From NCBI GenBank assembly GCA_964016885.1, contig OZ024743.1, positions 334,428,001 to 334,492,000 on the forward strand: a DNA stretch of 64,000 nucleotides, read 5' to 3'. The notes under the pieces were generated by a model. That model was given only the letters and a program-made list of their open reading frames with translations, ran no database searches and was not told the DNA's origin. Both the position numbers and the translations under genes were made by a program. Shown piece by piece: positions 27,201-40,633 of this stretch (position 1 is the stretch's first letter; each line of letters opens with the position of its first letter). Source of the DNA: Eledone cirrhosa. Taxonomy: Eukaryota.

Positions 27201-27658
27201 TATCAGTGTGTCACAGACTGAGTTTGAATGTGTCAACAGTACAATTGGTGTAACATCTTCACGGATATACAGAGCAACCCCACCATGAGTTCTCTCCTTC
27301 CTGTCCGAACGAAATACAGTATATTTCGGTATATGTATTTCTGCATCTGCTATACTGCTTGTCAGGTGCGTTTCGATTAGTGCCATGCATAGTGCTTGAT
27401 TGCTTATGGCTAAGTCTCCCAGGTAGGAAATTTTACTCATGTTACTGAGTTTCACCAGACCCCTGACATTCAGCAGCAGCACTGGTGTGACTTTTGGGGT
27501 GCCAGTAATGGCTGTCGGTATGACACCTGCTCTGGTGTCAGCGGCGGCCACTATGGGTCCCTTAACTGTGGTGGTCTCAAGTGCTGGTGTGGATGACCCT
27601 GGCTCTGGAGGCGATGCAGCCAGGTCAGCTGTCCCACAATCTTCTCTGCCATCACTAA
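24287..27658 (-). mobile_element. CR1/L2-group LINE, near-complete ORF2 (APE + RT), frameshifted
   Basis: APE motifs LNVRGL, ETHL, GGVALY, YRPP, GDFN, LDLCF and SDH (26800-27480). RT motifs NYRPVSLTS, QHGFR, YLDFAKAFDKV, SGVPQGTVLGPLLF and YADD (24815-25864). C-terminal GPQLFNKLP...IPDEP. Both ends abut TA-type microsatellite. Confidence 0.92.
25982..26212. repeat. 81-bp tandem triplication inside the LINE
   Basis: GTTGATGGTTGCCATTTC at 25982, 26063 and 26144. Confidence 0.95.
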
Positions 27659-28023
27659 ATATACATATATATACATATATACATATATATACATATATAC
27701 ATATATGTACATATATACATATATATACATATATACATATATATACATATATATATATATACATATATATACATATATACATATATATACATATATATAT
27801 ATACATATATATACATATATACATATATATATATACATACATATATATACATATATACATATATACATATATATACATATATATATATATACATATATAC
27901 ATATATATATATACATATATATACATATATACATATATATACATATATATATATATACATAAATACATATATATATATACATATATATACATATATATAC
28001 ATATATATGTATATATATATATG

Positions 28024-28054
<31 letters not shown>

Positions 28055-28059
28055 GTATA

Positions 28060-28142
<83 letters not shown>

Positions 28143-28186
28143 GTATATATATGTATATATATGTATATATACATATACATATATAT

Positions 28187-28248
<62 letters not shown>
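27659..28248. repeat. Compound (TA)n/(TATATACA)n microsatellite
   Basis: Direct reading. Confidence 0.95.
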
Positions 28249-28249
<1 letters not shown>

Positions 28250-29166
28250 AATGGAATAGAATGAAACGAAATTTCATTTCTCACTCTTAGTACGGCACTT
28301 ACTTAAATGTAAGTATGTATGTATACGTACATACATATATGTATACAGACGTACGCCTGGCCGACTGAACTCACTCGATATGCAAATTAGGCTGCTCAGC
28401 CGTTAATTTTCATAAGGAAAGTATATACTTTCGGACGTTCAACCATCTGGCAGAAAGGTATACGGTGTTGGCGATAGCTAATAAGCTTGAAACTAGTACA
28501 TCGTTCCTGTGTCAGTGTTGAACAAAAAAGTGACGTGGTTGCCTAAACACTGTACGGCGTAATTCAGGCTGTTTGTTTGTTTACAAACGAACAAACCGAG
28601 CATTATAATAAATGTTCGGTAAACTGATACGTGCATATATATATGTGTGCCTGTATGTATATATATACATGCTACTGTACATCTGTATACATATATGCAT
28701 GTACGTATACATACATACGGTATGTACGCATTTCTTCTAAGTTTAATTTTACACCTAATTGTGTATGGTTGATGATATATTTAGTCAGTTTCTACATGCT
28801 GTCGAAATGTTGGATAAATACTCGATTGGGGCCACCGCGAAGAGGCCACCTTCGGCTATTTGTCGGAGATTTCTCCATAAGAGCTTTTCTTCTTATAGCT
28901 TGGTCTAATTGATTTTTTATATGGTTAATTATGCTAATTAGAAGAGGAAATAGTATATATTTTATCTGATAATTCTAAGGACATGATTTATGATATATTG
29001 CTCTGATTATTTAATTTATTAATTCTTCATAGAGCTTAAAAGTGACCGGTTGCAACATATATATATCTATAACTTTATGTATATGTAAACCTTTATATAT
29101 ATATACATATATATATAAAATAAAGTTAAATAAAAGTCAAATGATTAAAATTTAGCTTCGTTTACT

Positions 29167-29221
29167 ACTGCTATATATATTTCAGTGACGGCCATCTTTG
29201 GCTGTGACCTCTTCAGGCAGT
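29167..29221 (-). ncRNA. Type I hammerhead ribozyme motif (family A, left arm)
   Basis: ACUGC-CUGAAGA-GGUCACAGCC aaagau GGCCGUCACU-GAAA-UAUAUA-UA-GCAGU. Confidence 0.7.
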
Positions 29222-29442
29222 TTGAATTAGTATGGTATAGAGAAGTACATATGTTGTTGAGGTCTATAATATTGTCAATACTCTGATATGCCCAGTTCCT
29301 TGTTGGGTTGTTATTTCACTGAGGAACATGACTCCAGTTCCTCAGTGAAATAACAACCCAACAAGGAACTGGGCATATCAGAGTATTGACAATATTATAC
29401 ACCTAAACAACATATGTACTTGTCTATACCATACTAATTCAA

Positions 29443-29497
29443 ACTGCCTGAAGAGGTCACAGCCAAAGATGGCTGTCACTGAAATATATATAGCAGT
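29443..29497 (+). ncRNA. Type I hammerhead ribozyme motif (family A, right arm)
   Basis: Stem I ACUGC/GCAGU, core CUGAAGA, stem II GGUCACAGCC/GGCUGUCACU, GAAA, palindromic stem III AUAUAUAU, AUA site. AATAAA follows immediately. Confidence 0.8.
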
Positions 29498-29647
29498 AAT
29501 AAACGAAGCTAAATTTTAATAATTTTGACTTTTATTTCACTTTATTTTACACTACTCCGGAGTAACCAAACCAACCTGCGCACTTCGTCGAGTGCTCCAG
29601 CCTGCATACTGAGGTGTTGGTATACAACCAACATAAACTCAAAATCT

Positions 29648-29654
29648 ACATATA

Positions 29655-29686
<32 letters not shown>

Positions 29687-29807
29687 CATATATATATACA
29701 TATATATATACATATATATATACATATATATATACATATATATATATATTCATATATATATATATATATACATATATACATATATATATATATACATATA
29801 TATATAC

Positions 29808-29838
<31 letters not shown>

Positions 29839-29931
29839 TGTATATATATGTATATATATGTATATATATATATGTGTATATGTATATATATATATATGTG
29901 TATATGTATATATATATATGTATATATATAA

Positions 29932-30008
<77 letters not shown>

Positions 30009-30040
30009 TATACATATATATATACATATATATATATATG

Positions 30041-30084
<44 letters not shown>

Positions 30085-30110
30085 TATATATACATATATT
30101 TACATATATG

Positions 30111-30141
<31 letters not shown>

Positions 30142-30543
30142 GCATATATATACATATATATATATATATATGCATATATATACATATATATATATAAATA
30201 ATTACAACTGTGACATAAACAGGTACTCATGCTTTGTTGAATTCCGGGCTCCAATTCATTCAGCCTGTCATGAGAAATATATATATTATATATATATATT
30301 ATATATATATTATATATATATATTATATATATATATATATTATATATATATTATATATATATTATATATATATATTATATATATATTATATATATATTAT
30401 ATATATATATTATATATATATAATATATATATAATATATATATATTATATATATATATTATATATATATTATATATATATTATATATATTATATATATAT
30501 TATATATATATTATATATATATTATATATATATATAATATATA
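29648..30543. repeat. Compound TA-rich microsatellite with a short unique island at 30200-30275
   Basis: Direct reading. Confidence 0.9.
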
Positions 30544-30877
30544 AAACCCTTCTAGACAGACTGCAACCGGAAGAATTCTGTCACGCTCGGAGCAAAATGT
30601 TTAAGACGCCACTAACTCGGTTTTGCGCCTTCTCCTTGTCAGTTCCAAACATCTCAGCCACGGGAAGGCTAGGGGCTGGGTTTCAGTTATCAGAGACAAT
30701 ATGTTTTGCAAGCCGTTTGGAACATTTTAGTAGAGAGTGGATTGTTAGGCCTACGCCCACCACCCATGCAATGCCTTCAAAAATCTGGGTAGATATCACT
30801 CCTTACTCATAGTTATGACTACCTATCGGTGCGAGGGAACGCAGAAATCTCCTTGGTTGGAGTCAGGGCGCGCAATA

Positions 30878-31097
30878 CGTGCTGGATTGGCAGTATCGGT
30901 AGAGCGTTGGACAAAGTGCCCGGCGACATATAGTTGCGACCCTTTACGTTCTGAGTTCAAGTCCTGCTGAAGTTAAGCTTTGCCTTTCATCCTTACCGGG
31001 TCGATAAAATAAAGTACCAGTAACGGACTGGGTCGATTTAATCGACTTTCCGTTCCCCGAAAATTGTTGGCCTTGTGCCTAAATCAGAAACCATTAT
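30878..31097 (+). mobile_element. Full-length Meta-like SINE
   Basis: GGATTGGCAGTATCGGTAGAGCG...GAGTTCAAGTCC...CTTTCATCCTT..GGGTCGATAAAATAAAGTACCAG. Confidence 0.85.
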
Positions 31098-33006
31098 CCT
31101 AAGAGAAGGACAACCTGCAGTTTAGCCATCTTGCTTAAGTCAGTCACCAGATAATAATTACAGAGACTTAGAGTAAAGTACTTCTGTTGTCCTGGCGTTT
31201 GTAACTATAACCCAATGATAGACAGATCTCCATTTTTACGATGTTTTCTTTTGTCATACTATCTGTGTATCTTAGATGCCCTATTTTGTTTCTCTGACAC
31301 ATGCCAGAACTCTGAATTCTTGGCACTGCTTATGGACAACAGGTATGTCTTAATGACAGCAGATATATCACTGCGGCTGTTGGAGTGTCACACAAGATTT
31401 TGCCTATGAAATATCGCTAATTCTGTCGCAATATCCGGAGGTTTAACTCTGCGATGCTTGGCATCCTGTCCAATGGAGAGTCTTGTACTCTTAGTTGCTT
31501 CACGCACCGAAACCGGGATAAACACTAGCCTAACAAACCTTCTGGCTTGAGACAGATTTTAGCCTTAAATTTTAGAGTATATGGTCGTCACAACATTTGA
31601 TGAAATTGTATACTGATGAAGTTTGTCCTCTTAGTAACAGTATTGTAGGCTGGTTTTTATTACGTTATCGTCTACCTTTGAAATGTTTGAATTTGTTTAG
31701 ATTTAATTTTTGGTTATAAATTTCGTGATCTGTTGATTAGACATAAAAGGTTTGATGTTGGACGTTGTATTATTGTGTTCAAAATTGTATTTTGTGGTTG
31801 AATAAATGTATTTGTTTAGTGAGTGTTAGTTCGTTTTAGGTTTGTGTTATTCGTTTACTATTAAACTATTGTTGGGTAGGGTTATGAGAGAAAATTATTG
31901 TTAGAGAAGAAAACTAAATTCAGTCTTTTTTTTTTATCTTGGACAGTTTTAGCTTCGCATCTGAAGATATCTTGCTATAATAGACTGGGTAAAACATTAC
32001 TTTAATTTGTTTTACTTCGCTCTGTTTCATTTACCATCATTTGCCCTTCGTATTTTCTACTTCATTGTACCGGATTAAATAAAACAAAACATTCACTACA
32101 CACACACGCGCGCGCTTGCACACACACATATATAAAGTATCATATTTTAAAAACACATTTATTTGCGTGTGTAAATGTTTTCATTTTCTTACTATTTATG
32201 TTTATGGAAGTAAATCTATACCACATGCCACCATCATATATGAAACTTAAGAGACAGTCCATCTCGTGATCCCGACCAACAAGATGGAGAATACATTGCC
32301 CCTGACAACGGCGTGAGAGACGCGTTATAACAGCCTCTCCACCTCACGTGGCTTGTATCTGCGTGTAGACAACTCCGCTTCCATATCAATGAGCAGAGAT
32401 ATGTTTCGGGGGGGGGGGGGGAGAACACCGGAAGTCTGCCCTGCTATAGGCTAAATCACAAACCTATCAGAGAGTGGCCAATACTTTGGAAGTCTGCCTT
32501 CTTTAGCCTGGCGGGCAGCGAAGCATGGGCTGAACTGAACGCAACAGGTTGCTGCTAGAGATGGTGTCACAACATGTAGCATCACAGATGAGGGGTCTGC
32601 TCCAACGGAACGGGAAGCATCTTTCTACATTTCAATATATATGTTATACTCTAATACATAAATTATCTTACAAGGATAAGTAGCAAAGGTTTAGGCATAA
32701 AGGGGCATTGCAAAAGATAAAACCAAAAAAGGAAAGCAGGAAAGAATATCTAGAAGATTTTTAGGTAAATATGATAGCTAAATCAATTGATATATTGAAG
32801 ATGAAGATATGTATTTAAAAGCACATCAATAAACAGTTTACCCCTGTAATTTGAATACTTACAACTGAATCGATCCTTCGTTGTTATGGGGTATTCGAAG
32901 AAGGCCACGATTTGTACAATTCATTGAGACACCAACGCAAATGCATTCGTCTGTAGGAAACGGGCATTTGTAGGCTGGAAGAAATGTGAAAAAAAAAATA
33001 TATGTA

Positions 33007-33467
33007 TATATATTAATAAAAGATCGAAGGCCATATTCAGTTGATTCACGTTTATTTAAAAATACCGTTATGCATATTTGACTAAGGTCTATCAGTTACG
33101 ATAGTCTGAGCTCTTCAGGCGGTAAAACTGAAAATAAACATTGAAAGTTCCTAACAAACCCTTAAATTTGGGAAAATCCAATAATTTCTCTGAAAAAGAT
33201 TTTCTTTTCATGATACAGATTACCGGCCGAACGCATGGTGTCGTTCCTTCGACGGCCGGCCCCTGTATCTTTTTCGGGGAAATTATTGGATTTTCCCAAA
33301 TTTACAGGTTTTTAAGGATCTTTTAATGTTTATTTTAAGTTTTCTTAAAGTTTCTTCTAGACAGCTCAAGCTATCATAACTGATAGTCCTCAGTGAAATA
33401 TGTATAGCAGAGTTTTAAATGAATCTGAATCAACTGAATATGGCCTCCGACCTTTTATTAATATATA
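33007..33467. repeat. Diverged fold-back palindrome with degenerate hammerheads (family B)
   Basis: Arms align as reverse complements. The left arm (minus, 33064-33123) keeps CUGAAGA but has CAAA. The right arm keeps GAAA-UAUGUA-UA but has lost the CUGA core. Confidence 0.8.
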
Positions 33468-33567
33468 ATGCTCCAACTTACACCATTTATACAGGTCTTT
33501 GAGCGCTTCTTTTCATCTGTTTCGCAATCGACAGAACATTCAGTTAACCCCATATATATATATATAT

Positions 33568-33695
33568 ATAGGAAAAAGTATGACCCCGACGGCAGAGCTT
33601 AAGCCGTTTCGACGGCTATTTCTGTCGGCTATTTAGTCCAGAAATAGCCGTCGAAACGGCTTAAGCTCTGCCGTCGCGGTCATACTTTTTCCTAT
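33568..33695. repeat. Near-perfect 128-bp palindrome with 3' half-hammerhead (family C)
   Basis: Arms of about 57 bp with one mismatch. Contains CGGCTATTT/AAATAGCCG, then GAAA-CGGC..GCCG-TC. Confidence 0.9.
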
Positions 33696-33771
33696 TTTCC
33701 ACTCTACTACCCTTAGTATTGAGTACTCTGGTGCGTTATGGTCCATCTGGTTCCTTACCACAATTCCTTTG

Positions 33772-33861
<90 letters not shown>

Positions 33862-33864
<3 letters not shown>

Positions 33865-34000
33865 TCAGATCTAACTATCGAAACGACCGGAGTTCAGCCG
33901 TCAGGTCCTGAATCTTTTCATGCTACCCTCTCTAAAACCACAAGTATCGAGTACTCTGGTGCGTTATGGTCCACCTGGTATCTTACCACACCCTCTTTGA
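33862..34000 (+). mobile_element. Short family C-related terminus
   Basis: Shares GAGTACTCTGGTGCGTTATGGTCCA.CTGGT..CTTACCAC with 33721-33762 and with 62823-62868 (-). Confidence 0.7.
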
Positions 34001-34408
34001 AGGGGAGGGAAAAATAGATTAAACTGACCCCAGTGCATCACTGATGCTTTACTTATCAACCTCGTAAGGATGAAAGGCAAAGCTAACCTCAGCGAGATTG
34101 GAACTCAGAACAAAGAGGGCCGTAACTCTATGCTGTGAAGCATGGTGTCCGACGCTCTACCGATACTGACAATCCACCTCCCTATAGTGCATTAATATTG
34201 GTTGAGGCACGAGGGCAACAACTTTGGCAGAGGGGAAGTCGATTATATCGACATCAGTTGCTGGTGCTTTATTTTATCGACCCCTTAAAGATGAAAGACA
34301 AAGCTAACCTCGGCAGGATTTGAACCCAGAAAGTAAAGAAACGTAACCACATGCCGCAAAGCATGCTGTCCAACGCTCTACCAATTCTACTGCCAGTCTA
34401 CCGCCCTT
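34000..34408 (-). mobile_element. Two head-to-tail Meta-like SINE copies
   Basis: Consensus match twice. Confidence 0.8.
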
Positions 34409-34650
34409 AGTAAATCTTATTAATACAACTAGCTGCAAAAGAAAATCAAATCAACTATTATCATAACTGAACAGTTTTCATTCTATTTTGAGAGTCAATA
34501 TCTGAAACTGGAATGATAGAACTCCACATCATCTGAAGTGAAAATAAGATTAATCATTTTAATATAAATTCGTAAAATGTCATTGTAAGTGAAAGAACAG
34601 TGCGCATTATATATATACACAACTTATTATATATATACACAACTCGATTA

Positions 34651-34729
34651 TACAGGGTATCAATAAATATGCGAGGTATTTAAAATACTTGTAGCTTTGT
34701 AATTATAAGCGGATTTTATGGACACCTTG

Positions 34730-34731
<2 letters not shown>
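34651..34731. mobile_element. Tiny Tc1/mariner-like MITE
   Basis: TA-CAGGGTATCAATAAA ... TTTATGGACACCTTG-TA imperfect TIRs. Confidence 0.45.
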
Positions 34732-34779
<48 letters not shown>

Positions 34780-34792
34780 GCACACACACACA

Positions 34793-34829
<37 letters not shown>

Positions 34830-35935
34830 TATATAAATATATATATATATATATATAGTTATACTTGGGGAGGGTCATATTTGTGTAATATTGCCAGAAT
34901 TAATAACAGAACACACCCACTGTTTGGCTGGTTTTCGCTTCTCGCTTCTTTGTCTTTTACATCGGTAATCTAACTTACCCGGTCCTCAATGTTGCCATTG
35001 ACTGACCGATGGTCAAAAATAATACAGATACAATATAGACACAAACACATATATATATATAGTTTATCATAAATCATTTATAGCAAATCATGGAATAGCT
35101 TAGATAGGGCTAGACATAAGATAGGGAAAGACACCTCATGGTACGACAACCAGAGATACCAGAGTGTCATGTGTGTGGACGCTACCCCTGAGAAAGACCC
35201 ACTTAAAAATTAAGGTGGTAGAAAAGTCAGGAACCACCATAAAATCCCTGATCAGCAAAACCTACCCTTTTAAGAAAACCCACTGTACCAATAGGAAATA
35301 TATCATATGTAAGGTAAACCCCCGGATAAACTGTAAAACTAGAAACGTAGTCTATAGCATAAGATGTACAGAGGGTACTTGCAGAAACATGACAACAACA
35401 TACATAGGTGAGACAGCTCGTAGCATAGGTGAAAAGATAGACCAACACTGGGGGGAACTAAAAGGACGAAAAAACGGCTCACTACTATACGAACATGCTA
35501 GACAACAACATGACGATAATATAGACAACATAGAAATTAGAATAATATCTAAACATAGAAATGACCCAGCAGATAGGCAAATCAGAGAGGCCAGTGAAAT
35601 AGAAATTAGAAGACCAAGACTAAACAGAAAGAATGAATGGAATAACAACAACACCGAAACAAACAACACTGACCTAAGAGAAGTATAAATAAGTAAATAA
35701 AATAAAATAAAATAAATAAATAAATAAATAAATACATACACAAGCACAATAACAACAAGCACATAAACACACACTAGTCCCCCATCACACAGCAAAAAAA
35801 AAACACTATACACACACGCAAACGCATGCGCAAAGAAGACAAAATAAAATAAACAAACAAGCAAATAAATAAATAAATAAATAGACAGACTGAATAAAAA
35901 TGGCGTAGACATACAATACAAAAGGAGGAAACGAT

Positions 35936-35998
35936 AACACCGCTGACGATGTTGCAGATGTGCAACGAAAGATATATGATAAACTATATATATGTGTT
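35936..35998 (+). ncRNA. Hammerhead-like motif in PLE pLTR (family D); second copy at 40051-40116
   Basis: CUGACGA-U-GUUGCA gaug UGCAAC-GAAA has a perfect core and stem II. Stems I and III are imperfect. Confidence 0.55.
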
Positions 35999-36152
35999 TG
36001 TATCTATATTGTATCTGTATTATTTTTGACCATCGGTAAGTTAATGGCAACATTGAGGACCGAGTAAATTAGATTACCGATATAAAAGACACAGAAGCGA
36101 GAAGCGAAAACCAACCAAACAGTGAGTGTGTTCTGTTATTAATTACACAAAT

Positions 36153-39100
36153 ATGACCCTCCCCAAGTATAACAGTATTTGTTTCGACACACGATTTCAT
36201 ATAAAAAACCTCGCAAAACTAATTCATCGCCGCTATGGCATTAGCTTGTGCCAAGCTGAAAGGTTATTGAAAGACACTGTTTTCTGTTATATAAAAACTA
36301 CAATAACAACAGAACAACTCTGCTTCTTAAAACACTGTGTTTCCTCCAAAATATACACAACAAACATATCAAAACAAGTAAATCATTTATTATTGAACAA
36401 AACACAAGCTGAACGACTAAAACACACAATAACAGATAATATGAAAAGAACAACATATACAAAAGTCAACGAACTTTACAGACAGAAACGCATTAACGGT
36501 AAGGAAGTCCAAAATCTCACCACACCAAACGAAAGGGATGACTTCATGAGCTTCATCCGACGTGAAACGAAATACGCCCGAAACGAATGCAATAGGCATT
36601 TCAATAAGAAATTAGAATGGATGAATAAGAAAAAACTACAAGAAAGGAAAATAGAATATACTCAAAAATACCCAGATAACATCAACAATATCCGTATGAC
36701 TGATGTAAAACTACCGGAAGAATTTACCAATGACCACACAGTAAATATTTATGGAAACACTTTAATCAGTGAATAAGAACAACAAATCCTGCAGCTACCA
36801 CCAAAATTTGCCATCTACAAAAAGATTAACCCTATGGAGTGCAAAACGAAGCTGGAAAAGTGTTTCACAAAAATACGTTGGAATGCAAAGTTAAACAACA
36901 ACAACAACAACAATAATAACGGTAGTAGTAATATAAACAATAACTCTGAGTATAGAAATAACAGCCATAACAATAACAATAGCAGGAAAGTGAGAAATAG
37001 TAATAAGGGTAATAATACTAACGATAGACAGAACAACAACAACCACAATAATAATAATAATAGAAACATTAACCACAGACACAGCAGCAGCGACCACAGT
37101 AGTAATAACGGTAACAATAAGAACAACAACAACAATAACCACAGTGGTAATAATGGAAATAGTACATGTAGCAACATCAATGATAGACACAACAAAAACA
37201 AGAAACATAATAAAAGTAACAACCACAATGGTAGAAATAACAGTAACAACAACAATAACGGTGAAGTAAACAACAATACATCTAGCAATCACAGCAACAA
37301 TACATCTAGCAATCATAACAATAATAATAATGCTAATGATAGAAACAACAACAACCACCATGATAACAATAATAGCAACACACACAACTATGACGATAGA
37401 TATCATGACAACCCCTTAGAGAAACTATTTTTCAACCCAGCTGACAAAACATATAAGATGGGTAATATCTATCCCACGAGGTTACCCTTTAATAAAAGAG
37501 TTTGCATACCACAACAAATAGATGACGAGACAGAGGCACAGTTCACCATAGCTAGAAATAAGATTAGACAAATAGTAGACAGGTATACTAAGAGACAGAG
37601 CAGACCAGAGGCCCAACAACTTGGGAGGAAACCGGTAGAAGGCTTGGTTAGCCTCAAGCAGCGCACAAGGGATGGTGAGGTAGTATGTCTACCCACGGAT
37701 AAGTCTGGTAAGATGTCAATAGATAGCATGCCGAACTATATCAAGGCAATGCAACCCCACATCACCAACACGAGCGAAATTGCACAACAAACACACGATG
37801 GGAGAGAGAAAATCCTCAACGCTCACATGATGATGTGGACTGACATCCTAAAGCCAAGCAGACGCACTGCCAACAACTTCCAGGCGTCTATCAATGGCAT
37901 ACCACCCTTGTATGGGCTCCGCAAAGACCACAAGACAGTCGACGATCCGACAACAGGACCACCAACAAGACCCGTATGCGGAACTAATATAGCTAGTAAC
38001 TACAGGATCTCCTACTTCCTCTCAATGGTTATACGCCCCATAATCAAATGTCCCCAGATGTATGTGACAGTACAGAGGACCTCCTCAGCAGAATCGGTGA
38101 GTGCAACAAAAACAGGAACCTATCCAACTGCATAATAGGCAGCATGGATGTGGTGTCACTGTACCCATCCATTAACATTGATTTTGCTGTGAAAAGATGT
38201 GTGGAGATCATTGAGAGTGAGGTGGAGTTCTGCGACGTCGACACTGACGAACTGGGCCTCCTACTTAGACTTACCTACGACACTGACTACCTAGACAGCC
38301 ATGACCTTAGATGTTTCTGCCCTAGTAGACCTATAAGAGGTAGACCCCCCACCATAACCTCAATGGCAAAAAAGACTCCCATGGGAAGGTGGATTGGGTG
38401 AACCAAAGCTATACGGACCCCCCAAAACAATGATCAGGTAAGAAAAATGGTCGCACATGCTATAGGGGCTAGTATCAAAACTACCCTAAAGGGCCACATA
38501 TTTACGTTCAACGTGAAGATCTACACCCAAAATGAGGGAGCAGCCATTGGCGTCAGCATAGCTGGTGATGTTGCCAATCTTTTCATGGTATGGTGGGAAA
38601 GGAGACTTAAAGATCTCCTTAATGAGAGCTCCATAGACCTCATCATGTACTCTCGTTATGTAGACGATATCAATATAGTTATAAGAACATCTCCACTAGA
38701 GAGCACTAACAAGTTTGATTTAGAACGTAGCACGATGGAAAGCATCCAGCAGATAGCTAATTCCATACACCAGAGTATAACTGTAACTATCGACTTCCCT
38801 TCCAAACACCCTAACAATAGACTACCTGTATTAGACACAGAACTCTGGATTAACACTATAGACGAGAGAGCCCAAATTCTCCACTCACACTATGCTAAAC
38901 CCATGGCCTCCAAATAACTGATACTCAAAAACTCAGCAATGTCCAGTAGTGCTAAGTTTAAGATTCTGATCGCAGATTTGGTACGAGTGATGAAGAATGT
39001 GTCCCGCATGTGCGACCCAACAGAAATGGAAAGACACATCCAACACTTCATCAACCGCATGCAGTTCTCTGGCTACAACCAAAGAGACAGAGTCAGAGTA

Positions 39101-39814
39101 TATGAAGGAGCCATGGAGAAGTATAAGACCCTCATAGAACTGGACATGAAAGGGATTTGCCCATTATACAGGAGCAAAACATGGAATAGCTTAGATAGGG
39201 CTAGACATAAGATAGGGAAAGACACCTCATGGTACGACAACCAGAGATACCAGAGTGTCATGTGTGTGGACGCTACCCCTGGAGGGAAATTAGCTAACCA
39301 GTGTAGAAAGGCCCTGAGAAAGACCCACTTAAAAATTAAGGTGGTAGAAAAGTCAGGAACCACCATAAAATCCCTGATCAGCAAAACCTACCCTTTTAAG
39401 AAAACCCACTGTACCAATAGGAAATATATCATATGTAAGGTAAACCCCCGGATAAACTGTAAAACTAGAAACGTAGTCTATAGCATAAGATGTACAGAGG
39501 GTACTTGCAGAAACATGACAACAACATACATAGGTGAGACAGCTCGTAGCATAGGTGAAAGGATAGACCAACACTGAGGGGAACTAAAAGGACGAAAAAA
39601 CGGGTCAGTACTATACGAACATGCTAGACAACAACATGACGGTAACATAGACAACATAGAAATTAGAATAATATCTAAACATAGAAATGACCCAGCAGAT
39701 AGGCAAATCAGAGAGGCCAGTGAAATAGAAATTAGAAGACCAAGACTAAACAGAAAGAATGAATGGAATAACAACAACACCGAAACAAACACCACTGACC
39801 TAAGAGAAGTATAA
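36153..39814 (+). pseudogene. PLE RT + GIY-YIG polyprotein (4 in-frame stops, 1 frameshift near 38045)
   Basis: [39 protein letters not shown], then CxxxxxxxC linker, VVY...YIGETAR..GER...H and REASEI...LNRKNE. Confidence 0.92.
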
Positions 39815-40343
39815 ATAAGAAAATAAAATAAAATAAATAAATAAATAAATACATACACAAGCACAATAACAACAAGCACATAAACGCACACTAGTCCCCC
39901 ATCACACAGCAAATAAAACACTATACACACACGCAAACGCATGCGCAAAGAAGACAAAATAAAATAAACAAAGAAGCAAATAAATAAATAAACATATGGA
40001 CAGATTGAATAAAAATGGCGTAGACATACAATACAACAGGAGGAAACGATAACACCACTGACGATGTTGCAGATGTGCAACGAAAGATATATGATAAACT
40101 ATAGATATATGTTTGTGTCTATATTGTATCTGTATTATTTTTGACCATCGGTCAGTGAATGGCAACATTGAGGACCGAGTAAGTTAGATCACCGATATAA
40201 AAGACACAAAAGCGAGAAGCGAAAACCAACCAAACAGTGAGTGTGTTCTGTTATTAATTCTGGCAATATTACACAAAGTATAACAATATTTGTTTCGACA
40301 CACGATTTCATATAAAAAACCTCGCAAAACTAATTCATCGCCG

Positions 40344-40420
<77 letters not shown>

Positions 40421-40633
40421 TAGATACAGATTAGAGCAAACATCACGGGCGCTCTATCTCAAAATTATTTTTGAAAAGCATTAGAAATAAGCAATCGGTA
40501 AAACCTAAAACCAAAACTGAATAGTAACCAATACTATTACTAATTTTTACTTATTCCTAATTAAACTATTTTTCACTGGGAACAATTTGTCAGCATTTCC
40601 TCTTCCTTTTACCAATCTAGATATATATATATA

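Larger units (their letters stand above)
29116..29549. repeat. Long fold-back palindrome (arms about 212 bp, 9-nt loop), PLE pseudo-LTR-like
   Basis: Arms are reverse complements with a few mismatches. Apex GAGGAAC-ATGACTCCA-GTTCCTC at 29321-29343. The island is flanked by (TA)n. Confidence 0.95.
34858..40346 (+). mobile_element. Penelope-like element in partial-tandem arrangement: inverted pLTR, 5'-truncated copy, full unit and tail
   Basis: 34858-35075 is an inverted copy of the 3' end. 35082-36173 duplicates about 39172-40285 (35-nt deletion between CCCTG repeats). 40279-40346 repeats the ORF start. (TA)n lies on both sides. Confidence 0.92.

Noticed and set aside
26538-28277. 579-aa ORF as a novel protein with a YI-rich N-terminus
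   Set aside because: The N-terminal 200 aa are read-through of a TA microsatellite. Only the APE part is real.
38399-39577. In-frame TGA codons in the PLE ORF as selenocysteine recoding (reported for some Naiad PLEs)
   Set aside because: Both align to Trp in paralogous copies in this window (RWNGWTR at 47 kb and DQHWGEL at 35.4 kb). The TGA at 46696 aligns to Arg, and TAA stops and frameshifts co-occur, so this is ordinary decay.
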